From Puniceicoccales bacterium (lineage in GTDB: Bacteria; Verrucomicrobiota; Verrucomicrobiia; Opitutales; LL51), in NCBI GenBank assembly GCA_031283585.1, contig JAITBP010000006.1:30001-62000 (forward strand): 32,000 nt of DNA, given 5' to 3'. The notes below the pieces were generated by a model, which was given only the letters and a program-made list of their open reading frames with translations, was not told the DNA's origin and did no database searches. This document shows positions 1-9,638 of the stretch, in pieces. Position 1 is the first letter of the stretch; every line of letters starts with the position of its first letter. The position numbers were made by a program, and so were the translations under genes.

Positions 1-11
1 TTATAAATATG

Positions 12-314
12 TTATTTAAGTATAGCCAATATATCATCACTCCGAACCAATGAATAGGTTTCATCGCCGAGCTTGATCTCGGTACCACTGTTGTATTTAC
101 TGACCAGAACCTGATCACCGATTTTTACATCAAACTCGATCCTTTTACCATCTTCATCACGTTTACCTGTTCCAAGTGCTAGAACAGTAGCTTCTTGCGA
201 TTTTTCCCTCGCCGAATCTGGTATTATTATTCCACCTTTGATTTGTTCTTTTTCCTCAGCCTGTTTGATGAGGATTCGATCACCTAATGGTTGTATATTT
301 TCCTTCATATTCAT
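12..314 (-). CDS. groES: co-chaperonin GroES (Cpn10)
   Basis: 100-aa ORF with the canonical Cpn10 pattern: '[11 protein letters not shown]', the mobile-loop region '[22 protein letters not shown]', and 'GDQVLVSKY'. There is an alternative ATG at 308. groEL is expected beyond the left edge. Confidence 0.93.
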   Translation of the reverse strand: MNMKENIQPLGDRILIKQAEEKEQIKGGIIIPDSAREKSQEATVLALGTGKRDEDGKRIEFDVKIGDQVLVSKYNSGTEIKLGDETYSLVRSDDILAILK

Positions 315-364
315 AGTGTTTCTTCAATGTTAAATTGTTTATCCATAGATCTACCCATCTCAAT

Positions 365-2311
365 TCAACTAGGACTTTTTTTCTCATCTATAACTTCAAA
401 ATCAGCGTCCATAACACCTTCTGGTTTTTCTGACTTTTCTGATTTTTGATTCTGGTCCGATGACTGTGACGCCCCATCATTTGACCACTGGGGTTGCACA
501 TTCTTGTACATTTCCTGAGCCATATCTTGGAAAACCTTCGTCAATGCTTCCTGGGCAGATTTCAGTTCCTCCACCGATGCCTCCTTATTTTCAAATACTT
601 TTTTGGCATCGCTCACCGCCGCTTCAAGTTTTTTCCTATTTTCCTCGGAAAGCTTATCTGCCGTATCTTTTATCTGCTTCTCGGTTTGATAGATAAACGA
701 ATCTAGGTGATTTCTAGTTTCAACTTTTTCCTTTTCTTTTTTATCCGCTTCGGCAAATTTTTCTGCTTCCTTCCTAAGCCTCTCGACTTCCTCGTCGGAT
801 AATCCCGAAGCACCGGAGATAGTGATGTGTTGATTTTTACCACTACCCAGATCCTTGGCCGATACATTTAAAATACCACTGGCATCAATGTCAAATGTAA
901 CTTCTACCTGGGGCAAACCCCTTGGAGCTATGGGAATACCGTCTAACCTAAAGATACCAAGCATCTTATTGTCTCTAGCCATGGGACGCTCACCTTGTAA
1001 AATTTTTATATCCACAGCGGTCTGGTTATCAGCATAGGTAGAAAACACCTGGGTTTTTTTAGTAGGAATCGTGGTATTACGCTCTATCATCGGTGTGGAT
1101 ACACCGCCGGCGGTTTCTATACCCAGAGTCAGTGGTGTCACATCGAGTAGCAGCACATCGGTGACTTCGCCTTTCAGCACACCGCCCTGGATTGCCGCAC
1201 CAATGGCAACGACCTCATCCGGATTAACACCCTGATTTGGGTCTTTTTCAACTATTTGCCTAGCAACTTCAATGACCTTCGGTGATCTGGTCATTCCACC
1301 GACCAAAACCAATTCATCTATATCCGAAGCGTTAAACCCAGCATCTTTCAGACAATTTTTGCAGGGAGCAATGGTCCTTTGGCAAAGATTATCACAGATT
1401 TTTTCCAGCTGAGATCTGGTCAAGGTGACATTAAGATGTTTTGAGCCACTGGCATCTCCGGCAATGAATGGCAGATTCACATCAGTTTGCTGAGCCGACG
1501 ACAGAACAATTTTAGCCTTCTCAGCTTCTTCCTTAAGCCGTTGATGAGCCACCGGATCATTTCTTAGATCAATACCATTTTCTTTTTCGAAACCATCGGC
1601 TAACCAGTCGATGATTGCTTTATCCCAATCATCACCACCGAGATGTGTATCTCCATTGGTGGCTTTGACCTCAAACACACCATCTCCAATTTCTAGGATT
1701 GACACGTCAAAGGTGCCACCGCCAAGATCGTAAATTGCAATCTTTTTTTCGCCTTTTTTATCCAATCCATAGGCCAAAGAAGCTGCGGTCGGTTCATTTA
1801 TAATACGCAAAACCTCCAATCCGGCGATCGTTCCCGCATCCTTGGTGGCCTGGCGCTGGGCATCATTGAAATAGGCAGGTACGGTTATGACGGCCTGGGT
1901 AACTGTCTCACCCAGATAGGCTTCTGCATCAGCTTTTAGTTTCGATAAAATCATTGACGATATCTGTTCCGGTGAAAATACTTCGATTTTATCACCTATT
2001 TTACACTGGACGCAGGCAGCACCATTTTCACCTTCCACCACCTTATAGGGCAGTGAATCGGCCAATTTTCTAATCTCAGAGTATTTATGACCAATCAACC
2101 GTTTTGCTGAAAAAATAGTATTTTGCGGATTTGTAATCGCTTGACGCTTAGCAGTTTGCCCAACAAGCCTATCGCCAGACTTTGTAAAAGCAACCACCGA
2201 TGGGGTTGTCCTCGCTCCCTCGGAATTTGGAATTACAACCGCCTTACCACCCTCCATGACGGCCATACATGAATTAGTAGTACCAAGATCTATGCCTAAA
2301 ATTTTTGCCAT
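365..2311 (-). CDS. dnaK: molecular chaperone DnaK (Hsp70)
   Basis: 648-aa ORF with the Hsp70 signatures 'GIDLGTTNS', '[10 protein letters not shown]' and '[10 protein letters not shown]', and an acidic C-terminal tail ending '[11 protein letters not shown]'. ATG start, with AGGAG about 15 nt upstream. Confidence 0.97.
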   Translation of the reverse strand: MAKILGIDLGTTNSCMAVMEGGKAVVIPNSEGARTTPSVVAFTKSGDRLVGQTAKRQAITNPQNTIFSAKRLIGHKYSEIRKLADSLPYKVVEGENGAACVQCKIGDKIEVFSPEQISSMILSKLKADAEAYLGETVTQAVITVPAYFNDAQRQATKDAGTIAGLEVLRIINEPTAASLAYGLDKKGEKKIAIYDLGGGTFDVSILEIGDGVFEVKATNGDTHLGGDDWDKAIIDWLADGFEKENGIDLRNDPVAHQRLKEEAEKAKIVLSSAQQTDVNLPFIAGDASGSKHLNVTLTRSQLEKICDNLCQRTIAPCKNCLKDAGFNASDIDELVLVGGMTRSPKVIEVARQIVEKDPNQGVNPDEVVAIGAAIQGGVLKGEVTDVLLLDVTPLTLGIETAGGVSTPMIERNTTIPTKKTQVFSTYADNQTAVDIKILQGERPMARDNKMLGIFRLDGIPIAPRGLPQVEVTFDIDASGILNVSAKDLGSGKNQHITISGASGLSDEEVERLRKEAEKFAEADKKEKEKVETRNHLDSFIYQTEKQIKDTADKLSEENRKKLEAAVSDAKKVFENKEASVEELKSAQEALTKVFQDMAQEMYKNVQPQWSNDGASQSSDQNQKSEKSEKPEGVMDADFEVIDEKKSPS

Positions 2312-2533
2312 AATTTATTTATTAACTCCTAGCTACATAAATAACTAGCAATTTTTGTTCCCAAAAAGCAAAATGATCTAAATTTTTTTTCAAAAATCAT
2401 CCAAATCCCCAGGTCGAACGGAGAAATTTTCTCGATTAAATCATTAGTATTATCCATTTGGCTACCAATACAGAAGAAATAAAATGATTGATACTTATAT
2501 AAATTGGAACAACTTTCTAAAAAATTAATCTCT

Positions 2534-3430
2534 ATGTTTGGTTTTCTATTATGGCCTTTTAGGGCTTTTAAGGTTTTATTCAGGACCGTATCAACGGTAA
2601 AAAAATTGATTGCTCTGCTGATTAGTACAATTTTTATAGTTTCCATTTTTTTGCTATTGATGGCATCGCTTATCAACCTATGGCTGCCAACGGCCATTAG
2701 GATCTATTCCAAGTATAAATATAAATCTCCAATCATCATAGAAAAATCTCAGTGCAATGTGTTTAAAGGCATTGTAGATCTTAGGAATGTTATTATACAA
2801 AACCCGAAGGGTCAATTTAAGTCCATTGAACTGGCAAAGTTCAGCCGCATATCAGGAAAATTAATCCACCTGTCACTGCTAAAAAGCAACACAATTATCA
2901 ATGACATAACACTAAACCTTAGCGAGTTGTGGATTGCAAATCCACCGGTAGCAATAACCAATATAGATGTATACATCGACAGCCTCATGCTGAGCAACGC
3001 TAACAAGAAAGATAGGGATGAAAAAGACCACATCGATTTTATCGCCCAAACGGCTATGGTTAAAATCGAAGCCATCAGCATCAATAGCAATAAATCCAAA
3101 GAAAGCAAAAAACTCACAATAAATTACTCAAAAGAGTTTCATAATGTATCTTCATTCAAAAATGTTGCAAAGCAAATATACGGAGATCTTTTTGTATATG
3201 GAATTGGTGAAAATGTCTCGTCACTTTTTTCTTTACTAAAAAAAATACCTGGGTCGAAACCGGCTTCTAATGCAATGAAGTCCGTCAATAGATTTTTTAA
3301 AAAAATCACCACAGGGTCTACCGATGCTACGAAAGAAAACATAAACGCAGCCAATGGTCAACAACCAAGTCTTGATCAGACAACCATTCAGCCTGGAGGC
3401 CAGGACATCGGTCTGCCAGCCAACAAATGA
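2534..3430 (+). CDS. hypothetical membrane-anchored protein, weakly AsmA/DUF748-like at the N-terminus
   Basis: The ORF is open from TTG 2504, and the first ATG is at 2534 (MFGFLLWPF...). It has one clear TM helix (LIALLISTIFIVSIFLLLMASLINLW). This is followed by a pattern resembling AsmA-like N-terminal domains ('VDLRNVIIQNPKGQFKSIELAKFSRISGKLIHLSLL'), then a low-complexity Q/N/K tail. No family assignment is possible by eye. Confidence 0.55.
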   Translation: MFGFLLWPFRAFKVLFRTVSTVKKLIALLISTIFIVSIFLLLMASLINLWLPTAIRIYSKYKYKSPIIIEKSQCNVFKGIVDLRNVIIQNPKGQFKSIELAKFSRISGKLIHLSLLKSNTIINDITLNLSELWIANPPVAITNIDVYIDSLMLSNANKKDRDEKDHIDFIAQTAMVKIEAISINSNKSKESKKLTINYSKEFHNVSSFKNVAKQIYGDLFVYGIGENVSSLFSLLKKIPGSKPASNAMKSVNRFFKKITTGSTDATKENINAANGQQPSLDQTTIQPGGQDIGLPANK

Positions 3431-3750
3431 ACGTGTAGATGGGGCACCGTTTCTCCGGCCATCGGACCATTATTCAGGACCAGCCGAAAGCCGGATCCAA
3501 GTGACCTTTTTTTCGCAAAATCCCTGGCGGCCAGCAGGAGTTTTCCAATAATAACTACATCCTCATCGGTTGCCTCCGAAACCCGTGGAATGACCTTTTT
3601 GGGAATGATCAACACATGGGTCGGTGCCTGGGGATTTATATCATTGATCACCAGGCAAAATTCATCTTCAAAAAGTATTTCGCTTTTAACCTCGCCGTCG
3701 ATGATTTTCTGAAATATCGTCCTATTTTCCATGGTTCTAACTGTAAGCAA
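3388..3750 (-). CDS. HIT-family (HinT-like) nucleotide hydrolase
   Basis: 120 aa with 'FEDEFCLVINDINPQAPTHVLIIPKK', the histidine-triad motif 'HLHVHLLAG' and the typical HinT C-terminus 'WPPG'. Confidence 0.9.
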   Translation of the reverse strand: MLTVRTMENRTIFQKIIDGEVKSEILFEDEFCLVINDINPQAPTHVLIIPKKVIPRVSEATDEDVVIIGKLLLAARDFAKKRSLGSGFRLVLNNGPMAGETVPHLHVHLLAGRPMSWPPG

Positions 3751-3784
3751 CCAGGAAAAATTTGTACAATGTTTTTTATAGTCT

Positions 3785-6700
3785 TCATGATTTTCTTAAA
3801 ATAACCGGTACACCCAGCTCGATGTCAACGTCCACAGAGGGGTTGGTTTTCATCAATATGGCTAATTCACTTATCGAAGCGCAACAGGTTAACGACAACG
3901 GTAATTTAATCGGCAGAACCTGACCTTCACTGAACCTGAAGCTTAAAATAACTTCGGCCGAGCCAGGATTGCTCTGCAAATAGGAATTTATTTCGGTCAA
4001 TGCCGACTTCACATCACCACCGACACAATCCATTTTGAATATAATTTTTTTTACATTTTTTTTCAATGAGTCAGAAACGGTGTCCATCGAAAAAACGCTG
4101 TATCTAACCTCATCATTACTTTTCCTTACCGTTCCGGTAACAACCACTACCTGGGATTCGATCAAATTAATACTAACGGTTTCATAGGCATCGGAGAAAC
4201 AGTTAAAAGAAAACTTCCTGCCTATGGTTTCCAGGCAGAAAGTGGCCCACAGTCGCTTATCTTTTTTCGTAATTCTTTTTTCAATGGAATTCACCACGCC
4301 GCATAGCCGGAACACCGATCCATCCGCCAACCCTTCCATGTCCGCCTCGGCCGGATAGTTTATTTTATGGGTCCAATTGCTAAATTCGTCCAATGGATGG
4401 CCACTTATGTAAAATCCAAGCAGCTCTTTTTCATGCCTAAGTTTATCCAGACTAGACATCAGCGCACCGGTGGTAGTGATACGAACATTAACCGCCTCAT
4501 CCTCAGCGAACATATCGAACAGGGTTGCCTGGCCAATATCCCTGTCCTTCTTCAATAAAAATGCTTCGGTGACAACGGCTTCGGCCGACTCCATAAGATG
4601 GTTCCTATCGACACCGAAGGAATCAAAAGCACCACTCAATATGAGACATTCCAGCACCCGCTTGTTGATTAAACGTAGATCAACTCGCCGTAAAAAATCC
4701 ACAAAATCCAAAAAATTACCGTGTTGCCCACGTTCGGAGATTATGTTTTCCGCCGCCGCATCACCAACACCTTTTATAGCTCCAAGTCCAAATTGAATGC
4801 AACCATCTCGCCATTTTGGCGTAAAGCTACCCAGTGAACTGTTTATATCAGGGCCCAGGACTGGAATTTTCATCCTGGAGCATTCACCGATGCCATAGGC
4901 CACCTTCTCCGCATTGCCAAGCTCCGATGATAGCACCGCGGCCATGTACTCTACCGGATAATTGGCTTTCAGGTAACCGGTTTGATAGGATATTATTCCA
5001 TAGGCAATCGAGTGCGATTTATTGAAGCCATAGCCAGCGAATTTTTCCAGAATTGAAAATATTTCTTCAGCCTTCTCCCTTCCTATACCGTTATACTTTT
5101 TAGCACCGGCAATAAAGTCAGCTTTCTGGGCATTCATTACATCCAACTTCTTCTTACCCATGGCCCTACGTAAAATATCCGCACCGGCAAGGCTATAGCC
5201 GGCTATAACCCTGGCGGCTTCCATAACCTGTTCCTGGTAAACCATTATACCATAGGTTTCACAGCAAATATCCTGCAAAAGAGGATGCGGATACTTTATC
5301 TTCGACGGATCATTTTTCCCGGCAATATAATCATCGATCCAATCGCTTGGCCCGGGCCTATATAGGGCACTAATGGCGCTAACATCCTCTATGCACCACA
5401 TATTGAACCGCTTGCACAATGCTCTCATGCCCACAGATTCGCCAAGTTGAAAGACACCTATGGTTTCGCCACTGTTAAGCAGGTCGTAGGTTTTTTTATC
5501 ATCCAGAGGAATATCCTCGATGCGAAAGGATTCCAGGCCATCCCGCAGTCGGATGTAATTCTGCGCATCGTATATTACGGTAAGGGTTTTCAGGCCAAGG
5601 AAATCCATTTTCAGTAATCCCAGCGCCTCTATGGGATCTTTTGAAAACTGGGTGGTTAGAATTCCGTCCTGCAATATTACTGGAACCATTTCCGCCACAG
5701 GCTCTTCTGTGATTATAACCCCGGCCGCATGGGTTCCGATGTTGCGAACGGTGCCTTCGATAATCCGGCCCTGGTCCAAAATTTTTGCAATGTTTGGCCG
5801 GGTTTCTACTTCCAGCGCGAGCTCCTTTGATTTTTCCAGAGCAAGATCCAGGGTCATATGCAGCTCGTCCGGGACCATCTTAGCAAGCCTATCTGCTTCG
5901 GCATAGGGTATATCGTGAACACGACACAGATCCCGGATTACCATCTTTGTGCCGAAGGTACCAAAGGTTACTATGTTCGCCACATGATCCTCACCGTATT
6001 TTTTACGCACATAATCTATCACCTCTCCGCGCCTACGCATACAGAAGTCTATGTCAAAATCCGGTGGAGAAATGCGTTCAGGATTGAGAAATCGCTCAAA
6101 AAGCAGACCAAACCTAATCGGATCGATGTCAGTTATTTTGAGCAGATAGGCCAGAACACAACCGGCTCCTGACCCGCGCCCCGGTCCCACCGATATGTGA
6201 TTTTTTCGTGCCCAGTTGACAAAATCCCAGACGATCAAAAAATAATCAACGAAGCCTGTTTTTTCCAAAATACTCAGCTCATAGTCCATCCTGAGGATGA
6301 TTTCCTTCCGGCGCCTAGCATCTTCGCCGGATTCACCGATGCCACCTGGATCCTGGTAGTCCAGCCCATATCTTTCTTTGAGACCACTACAGCATAATGA
6401 CTTAAGGTAATCAACGTTGCTTTCAAAATTCAACTCCACCGGCCTAGGAAATACCGGATAGTGATTTTCCCCATATCTAAGCGAAAAGTCACACATGTCG
6501 GCAACAAGCAGCGTATTATCCAGGCAATCTGGCCGCTCGCCAAATACCAACTCCATCTCCTCCCGCGACTTAATATACAACTGCCGGGTTTGCATACGCA
6601 TGCGTTTTTCATCGGACAGTTTAGCACCGGTTTGTATACATAGCAATGCATCATGGGCTTCCCAATCCTGCTGATTCACATAGTGAGAATCGTTTGTTGC

Positions 6701-7303
6701 AACAATTTTTACATTAAATTCATCGCCTAGCTCAAACAATTTTTTTGAATAATATTCCTGCTCCTGGGTTCCGTGGTTCTGCACCTCGATGAATAACCGG
6801 TCTCTGCCAAAAATGTCCAATAATCGAGCCAATCCATTTCTCGCCGATGTCGGATCCTCGTTCAGAATCATCGAGGACAAATAGCCTTGGTAGCAACCGG
6901 TTAGACAGATTAAATCGGCCGAATGCTCGGCAATGGTCTGCCAGTTGATTCTCGGCTTATAATAAAAACCTTTTAGCTGGGACAAGGACACAAGCTTCGA
7001 CAGATTTTTAAACCCATTCTCATTCATAGCAATGAGTCCCATATGATACAGAGGAAATTTCTCTTTGATTGTAAAATCGGCCTCGTAGAGTGTATATAAC
7101 TCGCAGCCAACCAACGGCTTAATGTCAAATTTCTTGCATTTTTCCAGGAAATCTGGCACGCCAAAGATGTTGCCATGATCGGTCATCGCAACGGCTGGCA
7201 TTCCAATTTCGCTGACTTTGGCGCATAATCTATCACACCGACAGGAACCATCCAGTAGGCTGTAATCGGTATGAACATGTAGATGGACAAAATTGTTCTT
7301 CAC
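3785..7303 (-). CDS. dnaE: DNA polymerase III alpha subunit
   Basis: 1172 aa. PHP domain motifs 'FVHLHVHTDYSLLDG' and 'MTDHGN'. Polymerase core motifs 'GPGRGSGAGCVLAYLL', 'PDFDIDF' and 'FNKSHS'. GTG start at 7303, preceded by AGGAAA. Confidence 0.97.
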   Translation of the reverse strand: MKNNFVHLHVHTDYSLLDGSCRCDRLCAKVSEIGMPAVAMTDHGNIFGVPDFLEKCKKFDIKPLVGCELYTLYEADFTIKEKFPLYHMGLIAMNENGFKNLSKLVSLSQLKGFYYKPRINWQTIAEHSADLICLTGCYQGYLSSMILNEDPTSARNGLARLLDIFGRDRLFIEVQNHGTQEQEYYSKKLFELGDEFNVKIVATNDSHYVNQQDWEAHDALLCIQTGAKLSDEKRMRMQTRQLYIKSREEMELVFGERPDCLDNTLLVADMCDFSLRYGENHYPVFPRPVELNFESNVDYLKSLCCSGLKERYGLDYQDPGGIGESGEDARRRKEIILRMDYELSILEKTGFVDYFLIVWDFVNWARKNHISVGPGRGSGAGCVLAYLLKITDIDPIRFGLLFERFLNPERISPPDFDIDFCMRRRGEVIDYVRKKYGEDHVANIVTFGTFGTKMVIRDLCRVHDIPYAEADRLAKMVPDELHMTLDLALEKSKELALEVETRPNIAKILDQGRIIEGTVRNIGTHAAGVIITEEPVAEMVPVILQDGILTTQFSKDPIEALGLLKMDFLGLKTLTVIYDAQNYIRLRDGLESFRIEDIPLDDKKTYDLLNSGETIGVFQLGESVGMRALCKRFNMWCIEDVSAISALYRPGPSDWIDDYIAGKNDPSKIKYPHPLLQDICCETYGIMVYQEQVMEAARVIAGYSLAGADILRRAMGKKKLDVMNAQKADFIAGAKKYNGIGREKAEEIFSILEKFAGYGFNKSHSIAYGIISYQTGYLKANYPVEYMAAVLSSELGNAEKVAYGIGECSRMKIPVLGPDINSSLGSFTPKWRDGCIQFGLGAIKGVGDAAAENIISERGQHGNFLDFVDFLRRVDLRLINKRVLECLILSGAFDSFGVDRNHLMESAEAVVTEAFLLKKDRDIGQATLFDMFAEDEAVNVRITTTGALMSSLDKLRHEKELLGFYISGHPLDEFSNWTHKINYPAEADMEGLADGSVFRLCGVVNSIEKRITKKDKRLWATFCLETIGRKFSFNCFSDAYETVSINLIESQVVVVTGTVRKSNDEVRYSVFSMDTVSDSLKKNVKKIIFKMDCVGGDVKSALTEINSYLQSNPGSAEVILSFRFSEGQVLPIKLPLSLTCCASISELAILMKTNPSVDVDIELGVPVILRKS

Positions 7304-7362
7304 TGTTTCCTATCATCTTGACCACCCATGGCTAAGTCAACGAGAATGAAAAGCCATTGGTT

Positions 7363-7851
7363 TTACATTTTAGTCCTGGAATAGTAAAAATTTTGAAAAA
7401 TATGTTTCGGCGAATTAGGCTTAGATTTCGCTGGATTTGTAGGTGAACAAGCGGATAGCCTTATGGTCAAATCATACAACCCAAATACACCGGCCAGCGA
7501 ATTCGTTGCATCCTTTGTAAATGAAATTACAAAAACTTCATCATCCCAGTGCAAGGCTAGACTGGAAGCATCTGCGGTCACGGAAGTTTTACAAATACTT
7601 TTACCGGCTATGGTTTCCAGCCGTCTCATCAAGAACATCGTTTTTGGTTCATAGGAGCTAAATGCGTCATCGGATATAATGGCCAAAAAATTTTTCTTGG
7701 CATTGATCAATTTCACCATATTTCTGCTTGCATCCAGTGCAGCAATCTGACTAACCCAAATGGTTAAAATGGCAGGCAGGGCTACGCCAATCACACCTAT
7801 TGCCAACAATACTTCCAGCAGAGAAAATCCAATTCGTTTGTGCCTTTGCAT
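7363..7851 (-). CDS. prepilin-type N-terminal cleavage/methylation domain protein (pseudopilin-like)
   Basis: The internal ATG at 7851 gives 'MQRHKRIG|FSLLEVLLAIGVIGVALPAIL', a canonical G-F-S-L-L-E prepilin motif plus a hydrophobic helix. The longer ORF (to 7932) would overlap the upstream gene. It lies 7 nt downstream of the preceding pseudopilin gene. Confidence 0.75.
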   Translation of the reverse strand: MQRHKRIGFSLLEVLLAIGVIGVALPAILTIWVSQIAALDASRNMVKLINAKKNFLAIISDDAFSSYEPKTMFLMRRLETIAGKSICKTSVTADASSLALHWDDEVFVISFTKDATNSLAGVFGLYDLTIRLSACSPTNPAKSKPNSPKHIFQNFYYSRTKM

Positions 7852-7858
7852 AGGTAGC

Positions 7859-8521
7859 TCACTGGAGTAGCTTGATGATTTTATCCGGGGAATCCAATGT
7901 GGTAATAATACCACCGGGTAGTAGTACACCACCGCAAACCTTTGTGTCTTTTAAGAACTTAACACTGAATTTATTAGAAGCATCCGCTTTACAGGAGCCG
8001 GCTCCAACAGCATAGAGTATAGGCTTGACCGAGGAAGATTCCATTGGCATTCCAACGCTATCTATGTCCCGAAAGGCCATGGTTAAGGTTTTGCCACCAT
8101 CGGTAAATAAGCAGTTGTCCCAGAAATACCTAGCATCCGATGCCCCGGGTAAAATATTTCTAACGTAAGTCTTTGGTATGAAAAATGTATGCCGTGGAAG
8201 CAAAATCTCCTTTTGTTTTTCCAGGATCGTCTGGCCTCCATCACCGGTCTTTTTGAGGGCAACTATGATCTTTCGATGGGAATATTCGGAATCATCGGAC
8301 ACATCAATCATGAACCGAACCACCGAATGATAATATATGGCACGAAACCTAGCATAGTTCATGGCCTCGAAAAAAATCCGCTCGGCGGCTCTCACAGATT
8401 CCACACCGTCGTCCCGGCGAAACAACTTACTGCCGAATCCTACAATCAAAACTATGATCCCAAGAGAGGAAACTATTTCCACCAGAGTGAACGAATCCAA
8501 TCTATTCTGATACCGCGACAT
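7859..8521 (-). CDS. prepilin-type N-terminal domain protein, GspH/FimT-like minor pseudopilin
   Basis: 'MSRYQNRLDS|FTLVEIVSSLGIIVLIVGF' followed by 'VESVRAAERIFFEAMNYARFRAIYYHSVVRFMID', which resembles the GspH/FimT pattern. The -1 residue is Ser rather than Gly. Confidence 0.72.
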   Translation of the reverse strand: MSRYQNRLDSFTLVEIVSSLGIIVLIVGFGSKLFRRDDGVESVRAAERIFFEAMNYARFRAIYYHSVVRFMIDVSDDSEYSHRKIIVALKKTGDGGQTILEKQKEILLPRHTFFIPKTYVRNILPGASDARYFWDNCLFTDGGKTLTMAFRDIDSVGMPMESSSVKPILYAVGAGSCKADASNKFSVKFLKDTKVCGGVLLPGGIITTLDSPDKIIKLLQ

Positions 8522-8708
8522 ACAATCTTGGTTATTATTTTCTATATCAAGAACTTAGCAACTATATTATCCCGTCGGTCTGCTTATCGGTTTTTCTGGC
8601 ATTGCTTCATAACAGACTTATGAAGAGGATATTATGTAGCAAATGGCTTACATTGGCTGTCAAGAAAAACTTGATAATTTTTATAAACTATGACACCCTA
8701 GTTTTATT

Positions 8709-9638
8709 ATGAGTAAAAGTGCAAAAAAAATTATTTTGTTGTGTTTCCTTATGTCGGTGATTAACCCGGCAAAAGCAGACTGGGACGAATGGCTAAGAAA
8801 GGAAGTATATAGTAAATGGATCTATGGTCGCAATGAGAGTGATAAGTATGCACGATCAATTGCAATTCCCAGAAGTAACTTTTATATAAGTATTAATAAC
8901 TATCTTAAAGCAGGCGGTGAAGAAAGTAAATTACATACTCTTCTAGGTTATGATTCTGGTTATAATTCCAACGGTATCAACGCTAGTGTAGCTAATTTAT
9001 GCTTTGGATTTATTGAAAAATTGGAAGAATTTCTTCGTAGTATTTGCGAATATAATAAGAAGCATTTACCAAACGAAGAAATTAATAAATCTATCCTATG
9101 GTTGCCAAACCTATTAAGTGGCAGTGTGGGAGATAGATATCCCAAGAAATTACAGGAAAGACTAGATGAAGGGTTGTGCAAAGTGTTTGATTTAAAAAGT
9201 GTGGCCAATGTAGCTAACGTTTTACATAAGCGTATATATTCTATACTAATGAAAATCGTTGAAGAATCTTTTAAACATAAAAATTCAGAATTTTCATTAG
9301 GGTCTATAAATATAATAGAACGTATTTGTAACAAGCTTACAAATAGCGGATATAGTATAGAATTAGAGCCAGTCAAACAAAGACTGCAAAAGATAGCAAT
9401 ACACATAACAAACACAAGTGCAGACAACAGAGCTAGAGCTGAAGTAGTGCTTTCTGATAATGAAAAAACTAATTTGGCCAATGCTAATGGCAACCACACA
9501 ACCCATGTCAAACCAACAGCCAAGGATGAATCTGCTAGGGTTAATAACATTATTGAAACAGCAGCAAAAGCAAAAAATAACCATAAAGCCCCAGCCAGTA
9601 ATAGTAAATCCACCAGGGGTCGTAGAAAAAAACAGTAA
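8709..9638 (+). CDS. secreted hypothetical protein, paralog A of an unrecognised family
   Basis: Sec signal peptide 'MSKSAKKIILLCFLMSVINPAKA|DW'. It shares conserved blocks with the ORF at 9889-10632 ('WLPNLLSGSVGDRYP'). The C-terminal tail is N/K/A-rich and ends 'RGRRKKQ'. Confidence 0.7.
   Translation: MSKSAKKIILLCFLMSVINPAKADWDEWLRKEVYSKWIYGRNESDKYARSIAIPRSNFYISINNYLKAGGEESKLHTLLGYDSGYNSNGINASVANLCFGFIEKLEEFLRSICEYNKKHLPNEEINKSILWLPNLLSGSVGDRYPKKLQERLDEGLCKVFDLKSVANVANVLHKRIYSILMKIVEESFKHKNSEFSLGSINIIERICNKLTNSGYSIELEPVKQRLQKIAIHITNTSADNRARAEVVLSDNEKTNLANANGNHTTHVKPTAKDESARVNNIIETAAKAKNNHKAPASNSKSTRGRRKKQ

Noticed and set aside
2312-2503. Possible CIRCE/HrcA operator upstream of dnaK
   Set aside because: Reading both strands shows only a GCTAG-N11-GCTAG direct repeat. 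There is no inverted repeat resembling TTAGCACTC-N9-GAGTGCTAA.
2329-2697. 122-aa minus-strand ORF between dnaK and the membrane-protein gene
   Set aside because: It overlaps the N-terminal TM-encoding part of the + strand gene, lies in the divergent promoter region, and has no motifs or SD.
7304-7362. Imperfect hairpin CCATGGCT...AGCCATTGG between the second pseudopilin gene and dnaE
   Set aside because: The stem is bulged, the loop is 18 nt, and no U-tract follows in the direction of transcription. It is not a credible terminator, and the genes may be co-transcribed.
8960-9613. 217-aa ORF on the minus strand, antisense to secreted paralog A (also the 102-aa ORF at 9363-9671)
   Set aside because: The + strand ORF has a signal peptide and a paralog, which supports it as the real gene. 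The antisense product is a hydrophobic, Leu/Ser/Phe-rich low-complexity sequence, typical of shadow ORFs in AT-rich genes.
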